From the NCBI RefSeq assembly GCF_006345805.1, contig NC_042998.1, forward strand, positions 146,444,001 through 146,508,000: 64,000 nt of DNA. Reading direction: 5' to 3'. The position numbers and the translations under genes are program-made. How positions within the stretch are numbered: the stretch's first letter is position 1; each line of letters begins with the position of its first letter. This DNA comes from Octopus sinensis. Taxonomy: Eukaryota. The notes below the pieces were generated by a model. It saw nothing but the letters and a program-made list of their open reading frames with translations. It searched no databases and was not told the origin of the DNA. Positions 24,801 to 37,080 of this stretch are shown piece after piece.

Positions 24801-26853
24801 TATTTCCACCAACACAGACAAACTGTTAACAGTTCAAGTTCAGTTTCCTTTAACATATGTCAGCTTTAAAACATGTAAGAACTACAGATGCATTGCTTCA
24901 TTCTCAGATGGACGTTTAGTATGTAGCTGGACAGACAATGGAAGCTGTGGTCTAAGTATAGTTGATTTAAAATCATCTGTTTTTATGGAAAAGCACATAA
25001 ATGGTTGGAATGAAATAAGGAGGAAAACTATTCATGATATGACAGTTACTCCCAATGATGAAATAGTGGTTCACTGTTATGATGAAGATGATACTTTTAG
25101 TGAAGTAATATTCTTAAATATCCATGGTCAAATCACAAAGCAAGTAACTCCTCTTAATATGTCCATGCCTATTAGTATCACTAGTGATAAACTTTATATT
25201 TACATAATAACAAGTCAACCAATTGACTACTATTACAGGGTCACACGTTTGTCGATGGATGGCAAATATCACAGCATGTTTCTTCATCCGCATGAGTTAA
25301 TTGACGAATCAGTGTTAACTGCTATGAACTGTCGGGGACCACGATTTGTTATGGTCAACAGTAGCAATAATCTTTATACAGAAGGATTGTTGTCTCTTAA
25401 TAGAGAAATATTTTCAGTATCTCATCTCCAATGTGATAACTTCCCAGTACAAGTGAAAGATTTTGATGTATCTGAGAGAGGTCAGATTGTTATCTATGAC
25501 AGAAAGAATGACATTATTAAATGTTTTAGAAGTGGTGGATTGTTTTTGTGTCACAAGAAAATTAATTTCATAGTGGGAGGGTTATGTTTCATTGAGACAG
25601 GGAATATTCTAATCACTGTTCCCCAGATAAGAGAAATACAGGAGTTGAGTAAAAACACTTTAAGTGTTAAGAGGGTATTTAATACTGAAATACCATATTG
25701 TAAAATATACCGAAAAATCCACAATCATTATTGGTGTCAGGATTTAGAATCAACTGAATGTCATCTTGTTAAAATAGAAAATAATAACACTATTGTAATT
25801 ATTCAGAAAATTCTGCTTATCCAACATCCTGAATATCAGTTTTGGTTCAATTCTGAAGAAGAGAAAAATAGATTTAACCAAGAAGGGAAATTGCGAAATA
25901 GTCCAGATTTGTACATCCAAGCTATAAAAAGATCCAGAAATTGTAATAAGAGATTGCTCAAACAAGCTGGTGATTATATTGCAAGTTGTAGAGAGGGATC
26001 AAATATTGTAGCAGTAAGGAAATTGCCACGGAGAAAGGAAATTGTTTGCATTCCTCATTCAGTAGATAAAACTTTAGAAACCTCTCACTATGGAGCACAT
26101 TTTCTTCTTCTGGACAACAATAAAATGGTTGTAAGTTATAATGACAATGTAATAGTAGTAAGAACTAAAGAAACAGCAATGGAAACATCTGAAAATTTAC
26201 ACAAATTCAAAACTGATGCTGAAGTTAGTAACCTTTGTCAATGGAAGCAGGAGAGTCTTGTTTTTTGTCTTCCTTCAGAAAAACAATTTGTATTTTATAA
26301 TTCTGATTTCTCTTTACAGGAAAGAATCTGTACAGACAAAAGCTATGAGTATATTGGCAAAACCAGCAATAATTGCTTGGTATGTTGTAGAGGAGGTGGA
26401 GTAAATAGATTAGGGAGCAGTGAGATATATAGTGGTGCCTGTATAGATATATTGCTCATTGAAGATAGCACTTATGTTTACAAGAGTCAGAATGATATAA
26501 CTGATGGTATTATATACGATATAGCTGTGATGTTAGATGGTGATGTTGTAGTGAGTGGAGAATTTCAAGGTAAAGATTCAGTTTGTTGGTTCAACCATGA
26601 TATCATCAAGATAATAGTAGTACCTGTAATTGGAAATCCAAAACGAATCACAGCCTTTGGACAGTATGCTTACTACTTTGACTGGTATGGTATCATATAT
26701 CGTGTCTCCATTGATGGTTATTGCGAGAGATATATCACTACAGACAATAGAGAAATTATTACAGTTCACGATTTACATGCTGCAGATTTCAGTTTGATTT
26801 TGTTTGGACAATTTGTTGAAGGTGATAGTGCTATCTGCTTTTACCAAATATGA
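21830..26853 (+). CDS. Single-exon multi-beta-propeller protein with about six tandem NHL/TolB-like modules; one frameshift at ~22999-23059 (~1670 aa if repaired)
   Basis: ORF 21779-23059 (first ATG at 21830, MSQKRKH) overlaps a -1 frame that is open from 22999 to the stop at 26853. Recurring blade motifs include ISALLITDNNLIVICDKNNCSIKILTFKGELI..SSPTGIC, IGSVCLVPNGQLAIAEWGENKL..PITDICRW and VKDFDVSERGQIVIYDRKNDII. No TE motifs are present. Confidence 0.8.
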
Positions 26854-27165
26854 ATGCATTTTACTTCTGAAGGAATTTTACTAACTAAACAGGAAACTAT
26901 AAAGGCCAGGTTATTTGTGGGCTGCATGCATCTCTTAAATCCTTATTGCAAAAGCAGAAATCAGCAAAGAAGAACTACATTCTGTGTATAGACTTTTTTG
27001 TGTAATTTAATCTGAGGAAGAATCAAAATATTCTTAAACCTTCATGTTTTCTTTGATACTTGTCACCACCAGAACATGGTGACAGTGCCGTTATAAATAT
27101 AAATTATCTTACAAAGCATTAACAGTGCAATGGCTGGAGTATTTTCTGTGATGCAGACTTAGCTA

Positions 27166-28847
27166 CCATGTTTCCCCGAAAATAAGCCCTACCATGATTT
27201 TTCAGAATGTTTTTAATGTAAGCCCTACCCCCAAAATAAGACCTAGTCAAAAATGCATCAGCTTGTTAGCAAGACCATGTGATGTTTGCAAAGTAAGCCT
27301 ACTAGCGCAGCTTGGCTAAAGTCTGCACTAAGCATACACGGAGTTGACTCCCTTGTCCCCCAGAAAAGATGAGTGCAGAAAGAAAGAGTTATTCTGTGGA
27401 GTACAAGAAAGGAATTGTGGTAGAGTCACATAACAAGAATCTTACGGCTATCTGTAAGGAGATGATGTTAGATCTCTGAATGGTTCGAAAATGGTGAGCA
27501 GAGTACAATAATCTCAGCAGACAGTTAGATGAGGGAAGTGCTAAGAAGCACAAGTTTGTATCAGGTTGACAACCATTATTTTTGGAGCTGGAAGATATCA
27601 CTCCGGGATGGATTGCTGACAGAAGAACAAAGGCTTTGGTTGTACATAGGGTTGATATTCAAGAATTTGTTCTTGCAATGGTACCACAGTCAGATATACC
27701 CCCAGAGATATTCAAAGCATCACTCATTGATTGGATAACTTCCCTTAGTGATATGAGCTCTCTCTAATAAGATCGACAACACTGTTCAAGCTGGAGGATG
27801 CTGAAGTGATTCAACGTGGACTTGCATTCAAGTCCTTCATTGATGGTATTGACTTTTTAAAATACAATCTCTCCAATATAATTGCTATGGATGAGACTGC
27901 AGTATTTATGGGCCAAGGATCTAAAATGACTGTTGAACAGACAAGTGCCTCATCAATCTACATTGCCTCAATGGGTTACAAAAGTGCAAGAATTACTTGT
28001 ATTTTACCAATTTGTCTTATCACAAAGGGCAAAAAAGAGAAAATAGAATGCGTTTCGGGCATTTATGTCCTTGAAACGGAAAAGGCTTGGTGCACACAAG
28101 CTGTTATAAAGAAAATGAGTTGATTTTAACTATGCCACTTGTTTTACATGGTTCTCAAGAGGTCTTTTATTCTGGGATTTGGCCAGTACTCATCCTGCAA
28201 AAAATATGTAAACCTTCATTTTTAAAAGAAGAATTGACCACATAATGATTCTCATGGGAATGACTTCATATCTACAAACATTAGGTCTTGTAATAAACAA
28301 GCTCTTCAAGGATTATTTGCAGATGGAAGTGAATGACTATATCAAACATAGAATGGAGAGAAATCAGCGTGGAAACTTTGTCAAACCCATCCTCAAAGAA
28401 GTTGTGAATTGGGTGAGGAATTCATGGAATAAAATTACTGACAGTCGCATTGCCAATGGACTACAAGCAAGGTACTTGGACAAAAAGTGTTCATTTAAGG
28501 AAAATTATATTGCCAAGCATGAGAGATTGGAGTCCATGATTATACAAGAAGTGGATTTGCAAGACATTCAGTCTGAAGTTCAGGGTTTGATGATTTATGA
28601 CTATGTTCCAGAAGAGGACAAAATGTTTCTACTTGACTAAAAACAATAAGCAAATAAATTAACTTTTGATAAGTAAAATCATAGGTATCCTTTTTACAAT
28701 TTTTTCCTTTTACATGAGGACATGAAACTTTTTGTCTTTCTTGGATTTTTTCCGCAAAAATTTAAGACATTCCTCAGAAATAAACCCTAATGCGGATTTT
28801 GGATGCAAAATTATTAAAGACCAAGTCTTATTTTCGGGGAAACATGG
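27166..28847 (+). mobile_element. pogo/Tigger DNA transposon with decayed DDE transposase
   Basis: 21-bp TIR CCATGTTTCCCCGAAAATAAG with TA on both sides; NIIAMDETAV and LQTL.LVINK.FKDYL motifs; multiple stops. Confidence 0.92.
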
Positions 28848-28849
28848 TA

Positions 28850-29110
28850 TGTGCTGTTGGGAGGACAGATTTGATATTCCTCATCAGCTAAAAAAATATC
28901 AGGACTTGGTTAATAAGACCTCTGTCAAGGAATGGCATGCAGCCTCATTCCTTATTGAAGTGAATTGCTGTGGATTTGCCACAAGATTGGTGTGCTATTT
29001 TCTGTAGACAACTGGCCTGGAACCCAAACAGCTGAAGAAAGCCTAAAATTGGCATGGCAGCTGAAACCTGCTCAAGGTGGCTGTGGTTGTCTGATTGGAA
29101 ATGGAACCTT
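28850..29110 (+). pseudogene. Remnant of a restriction-like endonuclease domain of an early-branching non-LTR element (HERO/NeSL/R2-type)
   Basis: WEDRFD..HQLKKYQDLV..EW.A..F.IEV.C.GFA resembles the RLE C-terminal 'WE..KY..L..W..EVG.RGF' pattern. Confidence 0.5.
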
Positions 29111-30174
29111 TCTGCAGGCAAAAAATAATGTCCTCACTGCCCCACTCAGGTAAAGTGTACAGGTTAAGGAATGAAATGCTTATCACTCTGAGATACCTGC
29201 TGATGATATGGAAGAGTTTCTGACATTGTGATGGATCTAGAAGAGCTTGCAATACATCTGAGTAACCCAACAGTTTCTGCATGGGGCAAAGCATCTTCAA
29301 TATTTATTTCACCAGTGGTTGCCATGAAAGCCTTTAGAGATTGTAAGTCTTTAACATCTGTAGACAATCCAATTGGCTTTAGGTGTAATGAGAACTGTTT
29401 TCTTGTTACTATATATTGTCTGTTTTGTTACTATATATTGTCTGTTTTGGTAACTAGGTTACCATACCTCCACCGTTGGCCATTTTTTGAGTCTCTGTTC
29501 ACACAGTATACACACCTACTGAAAAGTGTTGAATTTTTGTATGAATAAGGGCTGAGGATGAGAAAGAGAGGAGGTATCCTATGGTCTTGTTAACAAAGTG
29601 TATGACGTTAGAGATGAATGTCACTAGGGCAATTAAATATCAGAGAAATATTTAACACATTGGGTGAATGTGATGAGGGCAATTAAGTGTAAGATAGATA
29701 ATTAACCCATAATGTATACTCAAATTGATAGAAGGAATGTTGGAGATTGTGCCATTGATATATGCTATGATGAAACCTAAGGACATGACTAGAAACTTCT
29801 GATCCTTTGTTATTATAGTCAAGTAATCAAAAGGAAGCGTAATGTGGGCGAAGTTCTATGATTCATATAAAGAAAAGAAACCTGACATTTAATGATTCAA
29901 AATCTATTGTAACAGTGCCAACTATTAAGATTCTGGTATATGAAGTTTATCATAGGCAAATTTAACCAAATTATGATACTGCAACCATTTAAGGAGTTAC
30001 CTCCACAATTTTGAGAGCCTGTCTTAAAGCAAACACTATGAAAAAAGGAAGATCCTCTGAGAAAGCTCTTTTATTTATTAACAATGCAACTTTTAATTAA
30101 TGTCCTTTCTCTTCAATTATTTGATGTTTTAAAAAAAGGAACTAGAAAATGTGACTGTTTATTTATTCCATTAA

Positions 30175-30393
30175 TGCTTTTGATACTAACCCTTCTTAGG
30201 CACTCCTGGTTCTGTGATACAAATTTTCTATTATAAAATGACCTTAATTAAAACTTTCCATCAAAATCTCTTGTTCATTTATGTTCCAAACATCAACTTA
30301 ATAATGAAAAATTTATTTAATAAATCCTTTATTATTTTAAAAATTAACTGAAACAAAGGCTGTGTATTTAAACAGAAGTATGGTAACAAATGG
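30175..30393. mobile_element. piggyBac-like MITE (decayed)
   Basis: TTAA flanks; collinear with 32256-32472. Confidence 0.55.
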
Positions 30394-30536
30394 TTAATAA
30401 TGTTGGATTTTGTCAAACTGCTCAATCCATGCCAGCATGGAATGAACGGTTTGATAGGGTCCAACAGGTCAGAGGGTGTGTTGAGCTCCACTGTCTCTTT
30501 TGGCATAGTTATGGCTGGATACTCTTCCTAGTGCTA

Positions 30537-30586
<50 letters not shown>

Positions 30587-30588
<2 letters not shown>

Positions 30589-31420
30589 GGGTGCAGTGAA
30601 TAAACTATTGTCGCAAAAATAAAAATAACACTGATGTCTCATTTTAATAAAAATAACTCTGATGTCTCATTTACCAAAATTACATAAAAAATCTTGAAAT
30701 ACTAATGAGTAAATTTATTCAATAAAATCGCCATTAGCTTTAACCACTGCCTCCAGACGACTTTGGAATCTCCTGCAATTCTTCTGGATGGTTTCCTTGC
30801 TTAAGTTGGTGAATGCTGCCATAATCCCTGCCTTCAGTTCATCTTTGGTGTTACATGGAGTTTTGTTGGTCTCTCTCTCAACTGCATCCCACATATAATA
30901 ATCAAGGGGGTTGCAGTCTGGGGAATTAGGTGGTCAGAAGTTAGGGGTGATGTGGTCGCAGAAATTGTCTGACTGCCATGACTGGGTTCTCCTGCTTGTG
31001 TGGCATGGTGCAGAAACCTTTTACCACACATAGGGTCTTCCAGCAGCTACCCTCTTGACCCAGGGCAGCATGACCTCCTCCAGGCACTTGACGTTGGCCT
31101 CTGTATTGAGTCTGAGGCTGTGTTGGAAGATGAATGGAGGCATAACGTTGCCATCACTAGTGATCACTCCAAACACTATGATGTTGACTGGATGTTTGAT
31201 TTTTATCACTCTTGGTAGATGTCCTCAGATTGACACCCAGACATTCTGAAATGTTTGTATTGGAGCTTTCAGTGTGAATGCCAAGCAGTACAACATGTTT
31301 CCAAATTTCTGGCAGACTGAATTGTGTCATGGTGCTGTTTTTCTCACAGACAGTGTCCAACTGACCCTACTATACTGTGTAGTTGACAAAATCAAAAACA
31401 AACAATGCGCATGTGCAAAA
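30587..31420 (-). mobile_element. Internally deleted DD37D/maT-like Tc1-mariner element
   Basis: KHPVNIIVFGVITSDGNVMPPFIF..VAAGRPYVW plus a WPPNSPD.NPLDY-like region; CAGGGTG end within (TA)n. Confidence 0.8.
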
Positions 31421-31464
31421 TTTGTACACACATACACACACACATTTTGACAGAGTGCTAGTGT

Positions 31465-31985
31465 TCTGAGAGAGAAGTTAGGCATAAAAGGAATTGGTTG
31501 CTGTGTGCAAGAGGGAAGACTGCACTGGTTTGGTCATGCGATGTGGGTGGATCTCTCAAAGTGGATGGAACACATGGAAGTGGGAGACCCAGGAAGACAT
31601 GTGATGAAGTACTGAAGAATGGCCTTAAGATGCTGAACCTTTCAGGCAAGATGACAAAAGACCAAGATGCCTGGTGCCTTGATGTACTCAAGACGACCCG
31701 TACTCCACAGCAGCCTTTTCGTGGTGTAAAGCACTCATGTTGGTACCACATAAAAGTACCCATGTCGTGTCATGTAAAAGCGACTGTGTATTAACACATA
31801 AAAGAGTCTATGTGGTTCCACATAAATGCACCTAAATGGTGTTATATAAAAGCACTGGCATTAGGAAGGGCATCCAGCTGTAGAAACCATGCCAAATCAG
31901 ACTGGAGTCTTGTGCAGCTTGCCAGCTCTGGTCAAACCATCCAATCCATGCCAGCATGAACGACGGATGTTAAATGATGATGATA
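31465..31985 (+). mobile_element. Decayed 3' fragment of the RTE-like LINE
   Basis: GRPRKT.DEV coding end, the family 3' UTR and a (GAT)n tail. Confidence 0.75.
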
Positions 31986-32255
31986 TATATGTATGTCATC
32001 TTTTACAGTGTGAAAAACATGACTTTGAAACAATGATAAATAACAATTAATGTAATAATTAATTACAAATTATATGAAAATTGATTTATGCTATTCATAA
32101 AATGGCATCTTCTATTGTCTGTTTTATGGTTTCTAATCAGTTTAGAATATATTCTTCACCAGGGGTACACCAACACTAGTAGACATAATGAATGGATACA
32201 CTGAAAAAGACTGCTTAGCTAAGAGGTTAGTTAGGAAATGATGAAACTATTTTAA

Positions 32256-32472
32256 CCCTTTTAATAGCAAGCCACCTGTGACTGCCCCTATTTCTATGAT
32301 TCAAACTCCCTGTTTTAAAATTATCTAAATTAATATCGTCATTTAGAATTTCATGTTAATTTATGTTCCAAAAACTTGAATAATGGCAGTTATTTTGCTT
32401 AAATTCTTCATTATTTTCAATATTAATTAAAACAAAGGTAATGTACTCAACAGAAATGTGGTAACAAAATAG
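32256..32472. mobile_element. piggyBac-like MITE (decayed)
   Basis: TTAA|CCCTTT start and TTAA end; similar to 30175-30393. Confidence 0.6.
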
Positions 32473-32774
32473 TTAAACAGGTAGCTCTTTAGTTTAAGAC
32501 TGACTGTATGGTAGTTAAGCCTAATATTTTCTTGTGCTGAAGAGAATCAATATTTTAAAATACCAATAATCAGCAGCAGAACTAAGAAACTACATTAAAC
32601 TAACATCATGTCTTGAGAAAGATGATAATCTTCAGTTGAAAAATAAGAAGTCATAAATAGAAATTTTCTTCTGAATTGTGTATGTTCAAGAATTAATTCC
32701 ATGAAATACAGATGAATAGAATTAAAAAAATACTTCAAAAATTCAAATTTGGAAATTTGTTTTTTATTGTTGTT

Positions 32775-32808
32775 TACTAATGTATGTACCTGGCTGTTTT
32801 CTTTTCAG
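32775..32808 (+). promoter_or_regulatory. Candidate splice acceptor
   Basis: Branch-point-like TACTAAT, a pyrimidine tract and TTTTCAG|G; no ORF follows. Confidence 0.35.
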
Positions 32809-33821
32809 GTGTATCTAACCGTCTTACCTGTTTGTGTTTACCTCTATGTTGCATGTCTTAGTTGCATGGATATGTTGAGCTGTCTTACTTATATATGTTC
32901 AGCTCCTACCTCAGAATGTTAAGCCTCTGGAATCTCTTCCCTGCAGTTATTGATTTGCAACAGCTCTACCATAACATTGACATCAATCACACCAATAATT
33001 CATTTGACTAAAATTCTTTAAGGTGGTGCCCCAGCATGTCCGCAGTCTAATAACTGAAACAAGTAAAAGGTAAAAGAGAAATAATATTGTTTCTCTACAC
33101 CCACATTACATTGGCCCTCCCATCCCCCACTCAGGCCATTAAATTATTTCTCTTCATGCATTATGCTTGTCTTTCTCTCTCATTCCTACAGCCTATCCAA
33201 ATGTGTCATCTCTCTTCTCTCCTTATCAATGGCATCATCATTATAACTACCATATTGCTAGCAGCCCTCTCACCCCACCTTCAACTGTTCTCAAACTTTA
33301 CAGATATTGCCAACCCCTACTTGTCCATTTCCCCTATCCCTTCCTTTGCCCATACTCACTTGTAACTTCCACCCACCTACTACTACTCATTCATACCTTG
33401 AGATGCCACCTGGACACCTCATCACCATTATTTATCGCTTTGGAGATACCACTATTTCATTCTTACTCTCCTAAATGTGAGTAGCCAGTTAGCTTCTTTA
33501 CAATATGAACCTGCTCTACCCCAACCTTTTTTCTCAAATCTCAACCATTATCTAACATAACAACACAGTCCCCCTCCTTTGTCACGTTTTGTAGATTTGA
33601 AAGCTGCAAAGCAACCTCAGTAGTGCCAGTGGTACCAAAACAAGCACTCAGTATACACTGTAAACTGGTTAGCATTAGGAAGGGCATCCGGCCATAGAAA
33701 CCATACTAAAGCCAACACTGGAGCTCAGTGCAGTCCTTGGACTCATCGCATCTTTGTTAAGCTGTCTAATCGATGCCAACGTAGAACCTGGATGTTAAAA
33801 TAATAATGATGACGATGATAT

Positions 33822-34711
33822 ATGTATCTGGACAACACTGTTGTAATGTTCCAGCCTGCACCAGGAAATCCTTACATGGAACCAGCTATCTTAGTTGAAG
33901 GAACAATTCTGAAAAGTTTGTCTATCTGGGCTGCACACTCAGCTGTTCTTGCTCCCAGATGATGAAATATCTTTCAGGATGCAGTGAGCAACTGATTCCT
34001 TCTGGTCTCTTCAGTTTTGTGTCGGGTCCCAGCATGGCATCACAAGGTAAACAAAAATTGCTGTGTACTGACATTACTCCTTTACTCATGTGAGACATGG
34101 ACCCTTTACAAACGTCATGTAAGGGTCCTTGAATGCTTTCATCAGAGATGTATCAGACACATTCTGAATGTTGGCTGGACCTTCAAAACTCCAGACACAG
34201 GTCCTGAGGACAGCTGATATCTTGAGTACTGAGGCGATGTGCATAAGCGCCGGTTACATTGGAGTGGACTCCTTATTAGAATGAAGGACAGCAGGATCCC
34301 TAAACAAATGCTATATGGGGAACTTGTGAATGGAAAGAGAAACCAAGGTTCCGATTTAAGGACTGTGTCAAATCCTCCATTAAAGACCTGTGATATGCAG
34401 GAGACTGACTAGGAGAACAATGCCTGTCATCGCCACAGATGGAGGAAGCAGGTTAAGGAGGGGGTCGACACCTTTGAGAGAGCACGTATTCTGCATGAAG
34501 AATATAAGCGTGCTGCTCGAAAACACACTGCTGGTGTAGTGAATGGAGAAAGCTTGGTCTGCAATGTTTGCAGTGATGTATGCTTTTCAAGAGCAGGGCT
34601 CATTAGCCACCAATGGAGCCACAAATGCAAAATTTAAGTTAGTCCTAGAGTGCACAATGTCCCTGAAGGTTAGCAATGGTCTTCCTCGGTTATGAGTGGA
34701 TGGCCATCATC
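33822..34711 (+). pseudogene. 3' fragment of an RTE (BovB-like) LINE with a C-terminal C2H2 finger
   Basis: LLYSCETWTLYKRH..LECFHQRCIR.IL; IPKQMLYGEL; CNVCSDVCFSRAGLISHQWSH; (CAT)n tail. Confidence 0.8.
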
Positions 34712-34909
34712 ATATATTCTTTTCCTCTTTTTAATCTAGAGTTAATTTTGCCTGGCCACCTGCTTGGTAGCAAGATTGTAAAGAAAGACATCTTATTTTG
34801 TTCTTCATCCTTTAAATCTTAAGAAAGTCTTGCAGATTTTTATTGTTCCAGATATCATGATCTGGAGAGAGAGTGAGAGAGAGAGAGAGGGCGGTTTTGA
34901 AGCTACTGC

Positions 34910-34943
<34 letters not shown>

Positions 34944-35384
34944 CGTGCAGCTTACTGCCATAGTTTCTAGTACCTTATTCTCTTCATAACACAAAAATAT
35001 GTTGCGGCAAACGAATATGGAGGGCTTTCAGTTTTCTGATTTCTGTAAAGCATTCACGTTTCGCATTAACATAACAGAGCCGAACTACACACAGGTGGGT
35101 AAACTAGCCTCTTCGGCATTAGGGTCTTTGTGTGAATTTGTTTAAACCAAGCTTCCCCATCTCAGTTATCGAACCCAAGGGAAGTAATTCATACATATTA
35201 CAAGGGAGAGGACTCAGGGACTTTTAAAGCTATAAATCTTAAGCTAAGGAATCATACTGTGGCGATGTTCGTTCCTTTCTTAAAGACCTTAGCGTAGTAA
35301 GTGAAGATAAAGTAACCAGCTTATTGCTATAAATCATCTGGATGTTAAATTAGGTCTATTAAATCTAAAATATATTTATTTATA

Positions 35385-35525
35385 CCATATTTACCCGTGT
35401 ATAAGTCGCATTTTAGTATACTTGATTTTAACTGAGAAAACGTAGGTTCAACAAAGGAAAAAAATTAATCCTAAATTAGGGGTGGAGCTTATTCACGAGT
35501 ACGGCTTATGCACGAGTTAATAAGG
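35385..35525. mobile_element. Short pogo-type MITE
   Basis: TA|CCATATTTACCCGTGTATAAG ... CTTATGCACGAGTTAATAAGG|TA; a related copy lies at 42105-42269. Confidence 0.7.
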
Positions 35526-36428
35526 TATGTTTAAGAAATATTTAAACTGTAAAAGAACGGAGAATGGGTTTATTATTTTGAAGTTTTGTATTCCACATCG
35601 ACTGGCAGGAATCTGTAGGGTTTTGAGATGACTGAATCGCTTCAGGAATCACACAGCTGGGCCCCGGTAGTTTATAATTAATGGGACATCTCAAAAATTT
35701 CTGTTGGGGAAATGTGCATGCTTTACTTTATTTACTTACTGACTTCTTGTTACATTTTTCTTTACTTTTATCTCATTACATGGCCAAATAGTTAAGTTTG
35801 CTTTGTAACCACCGGATCCCAGATTCGATCCTCCAACATGACATCTTGGGTGGTGTCTTCCTGTAAGGAAGATGCTAGTTTCTAACAAAGATACAAAATT
35901 CCATTGTTGGAATATAAATAGCAAAAACGAATGTCACATTTTGGACTTGAGAAAAGTCATTCATGCCTTTACTGTTATGCTTACAGATTGTACGTGTAAT
36001 GTGTATGTTAGCTGATCGATTTATATGTATCTATGTTTGAATGTATATATGTATGTTTGTATATATGTATGTATGCATGTATGTGTGTGTGTCTGTGTAT
36101 GTATATGTGTGTATGCATATATGTATGAATGTCTGTATATCTGTATGTATCTACGTGTGCAAACACGCATATATGTATGTATGTATATAAAATTAAATAT
36201 GCTAATTGTTGAGAAAAAAACTTTATGCTTATAACCCTAAAACATTCAGAAAAATCACTCGATTAATTTGATTGTGTAGTTTATGTTTTAGTGGAGACTT
36301 CATTGTGTCATTAATTATAAGTTATATAATTTTAATTAAAGTACTTCACATCATTCTCTACCCTGATCCTCTGTTACACACACTAGTACTCATGTACACG
36401 CGCGCGCGCACACGCGCGCGCGCACACG

Positions 36429-36498
<70 letters not shown>

Positions 36499-37080
36499 CG
36501 TTGATTTCTAAGTTGGGGAAGAAATGTAACTGACCAGAGCTAAACAATAACAACAACAATAATATAAGCCACGGTGGAGACTGTACATGGGCCTACTAGA
36601 AATAGCAGCCAAATCTCCCTGAAATTGCATCCCACTGGCACGAATAATGTGTTTCTGAGTCTTCTGTACAAGAAAAAGTCAGAATGGTTGTAGCTGGAAT
36701 GCCTTTGTTCATAGATTTGTACAATCAAAGCTGTCTGGGTTAATCCCAGTTTTACAGCTACTAACAATAATCAGTTGCTGTAAAACTAGAGTTAGATTAT
36801 GATAACAATGTGTAAGAAAATTTTAATTTTTTTTTTCTTTGGTCACTAAGTGTTTGTAATGAAGGATCTGTTATCGATTCACTGAAAGGGTGTCGATATC
36901 CGATCTAGTCACATACAATTTTATAAGACAATACAGACCAAGTCAGGTTGTAGGTAAAAAGACAGCAGTTCGTTTATTTATTGCGATGTCGTACGTGTAT
37001 CTGATGGGAGAAAGACAGCCTCTGATATACAGCTTCGTGTTAGTTTGTTGAAGTTTGTTGGTGGCTATGTCGTGAGGTTG

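Noticed and set aside
36395-36493. (CG)n/(CA)n alternating purine-pyrimidine tract (Z-DNA-prone)
   Set aside because: This is an ordinary compound microsatellite, with no evidence of function.
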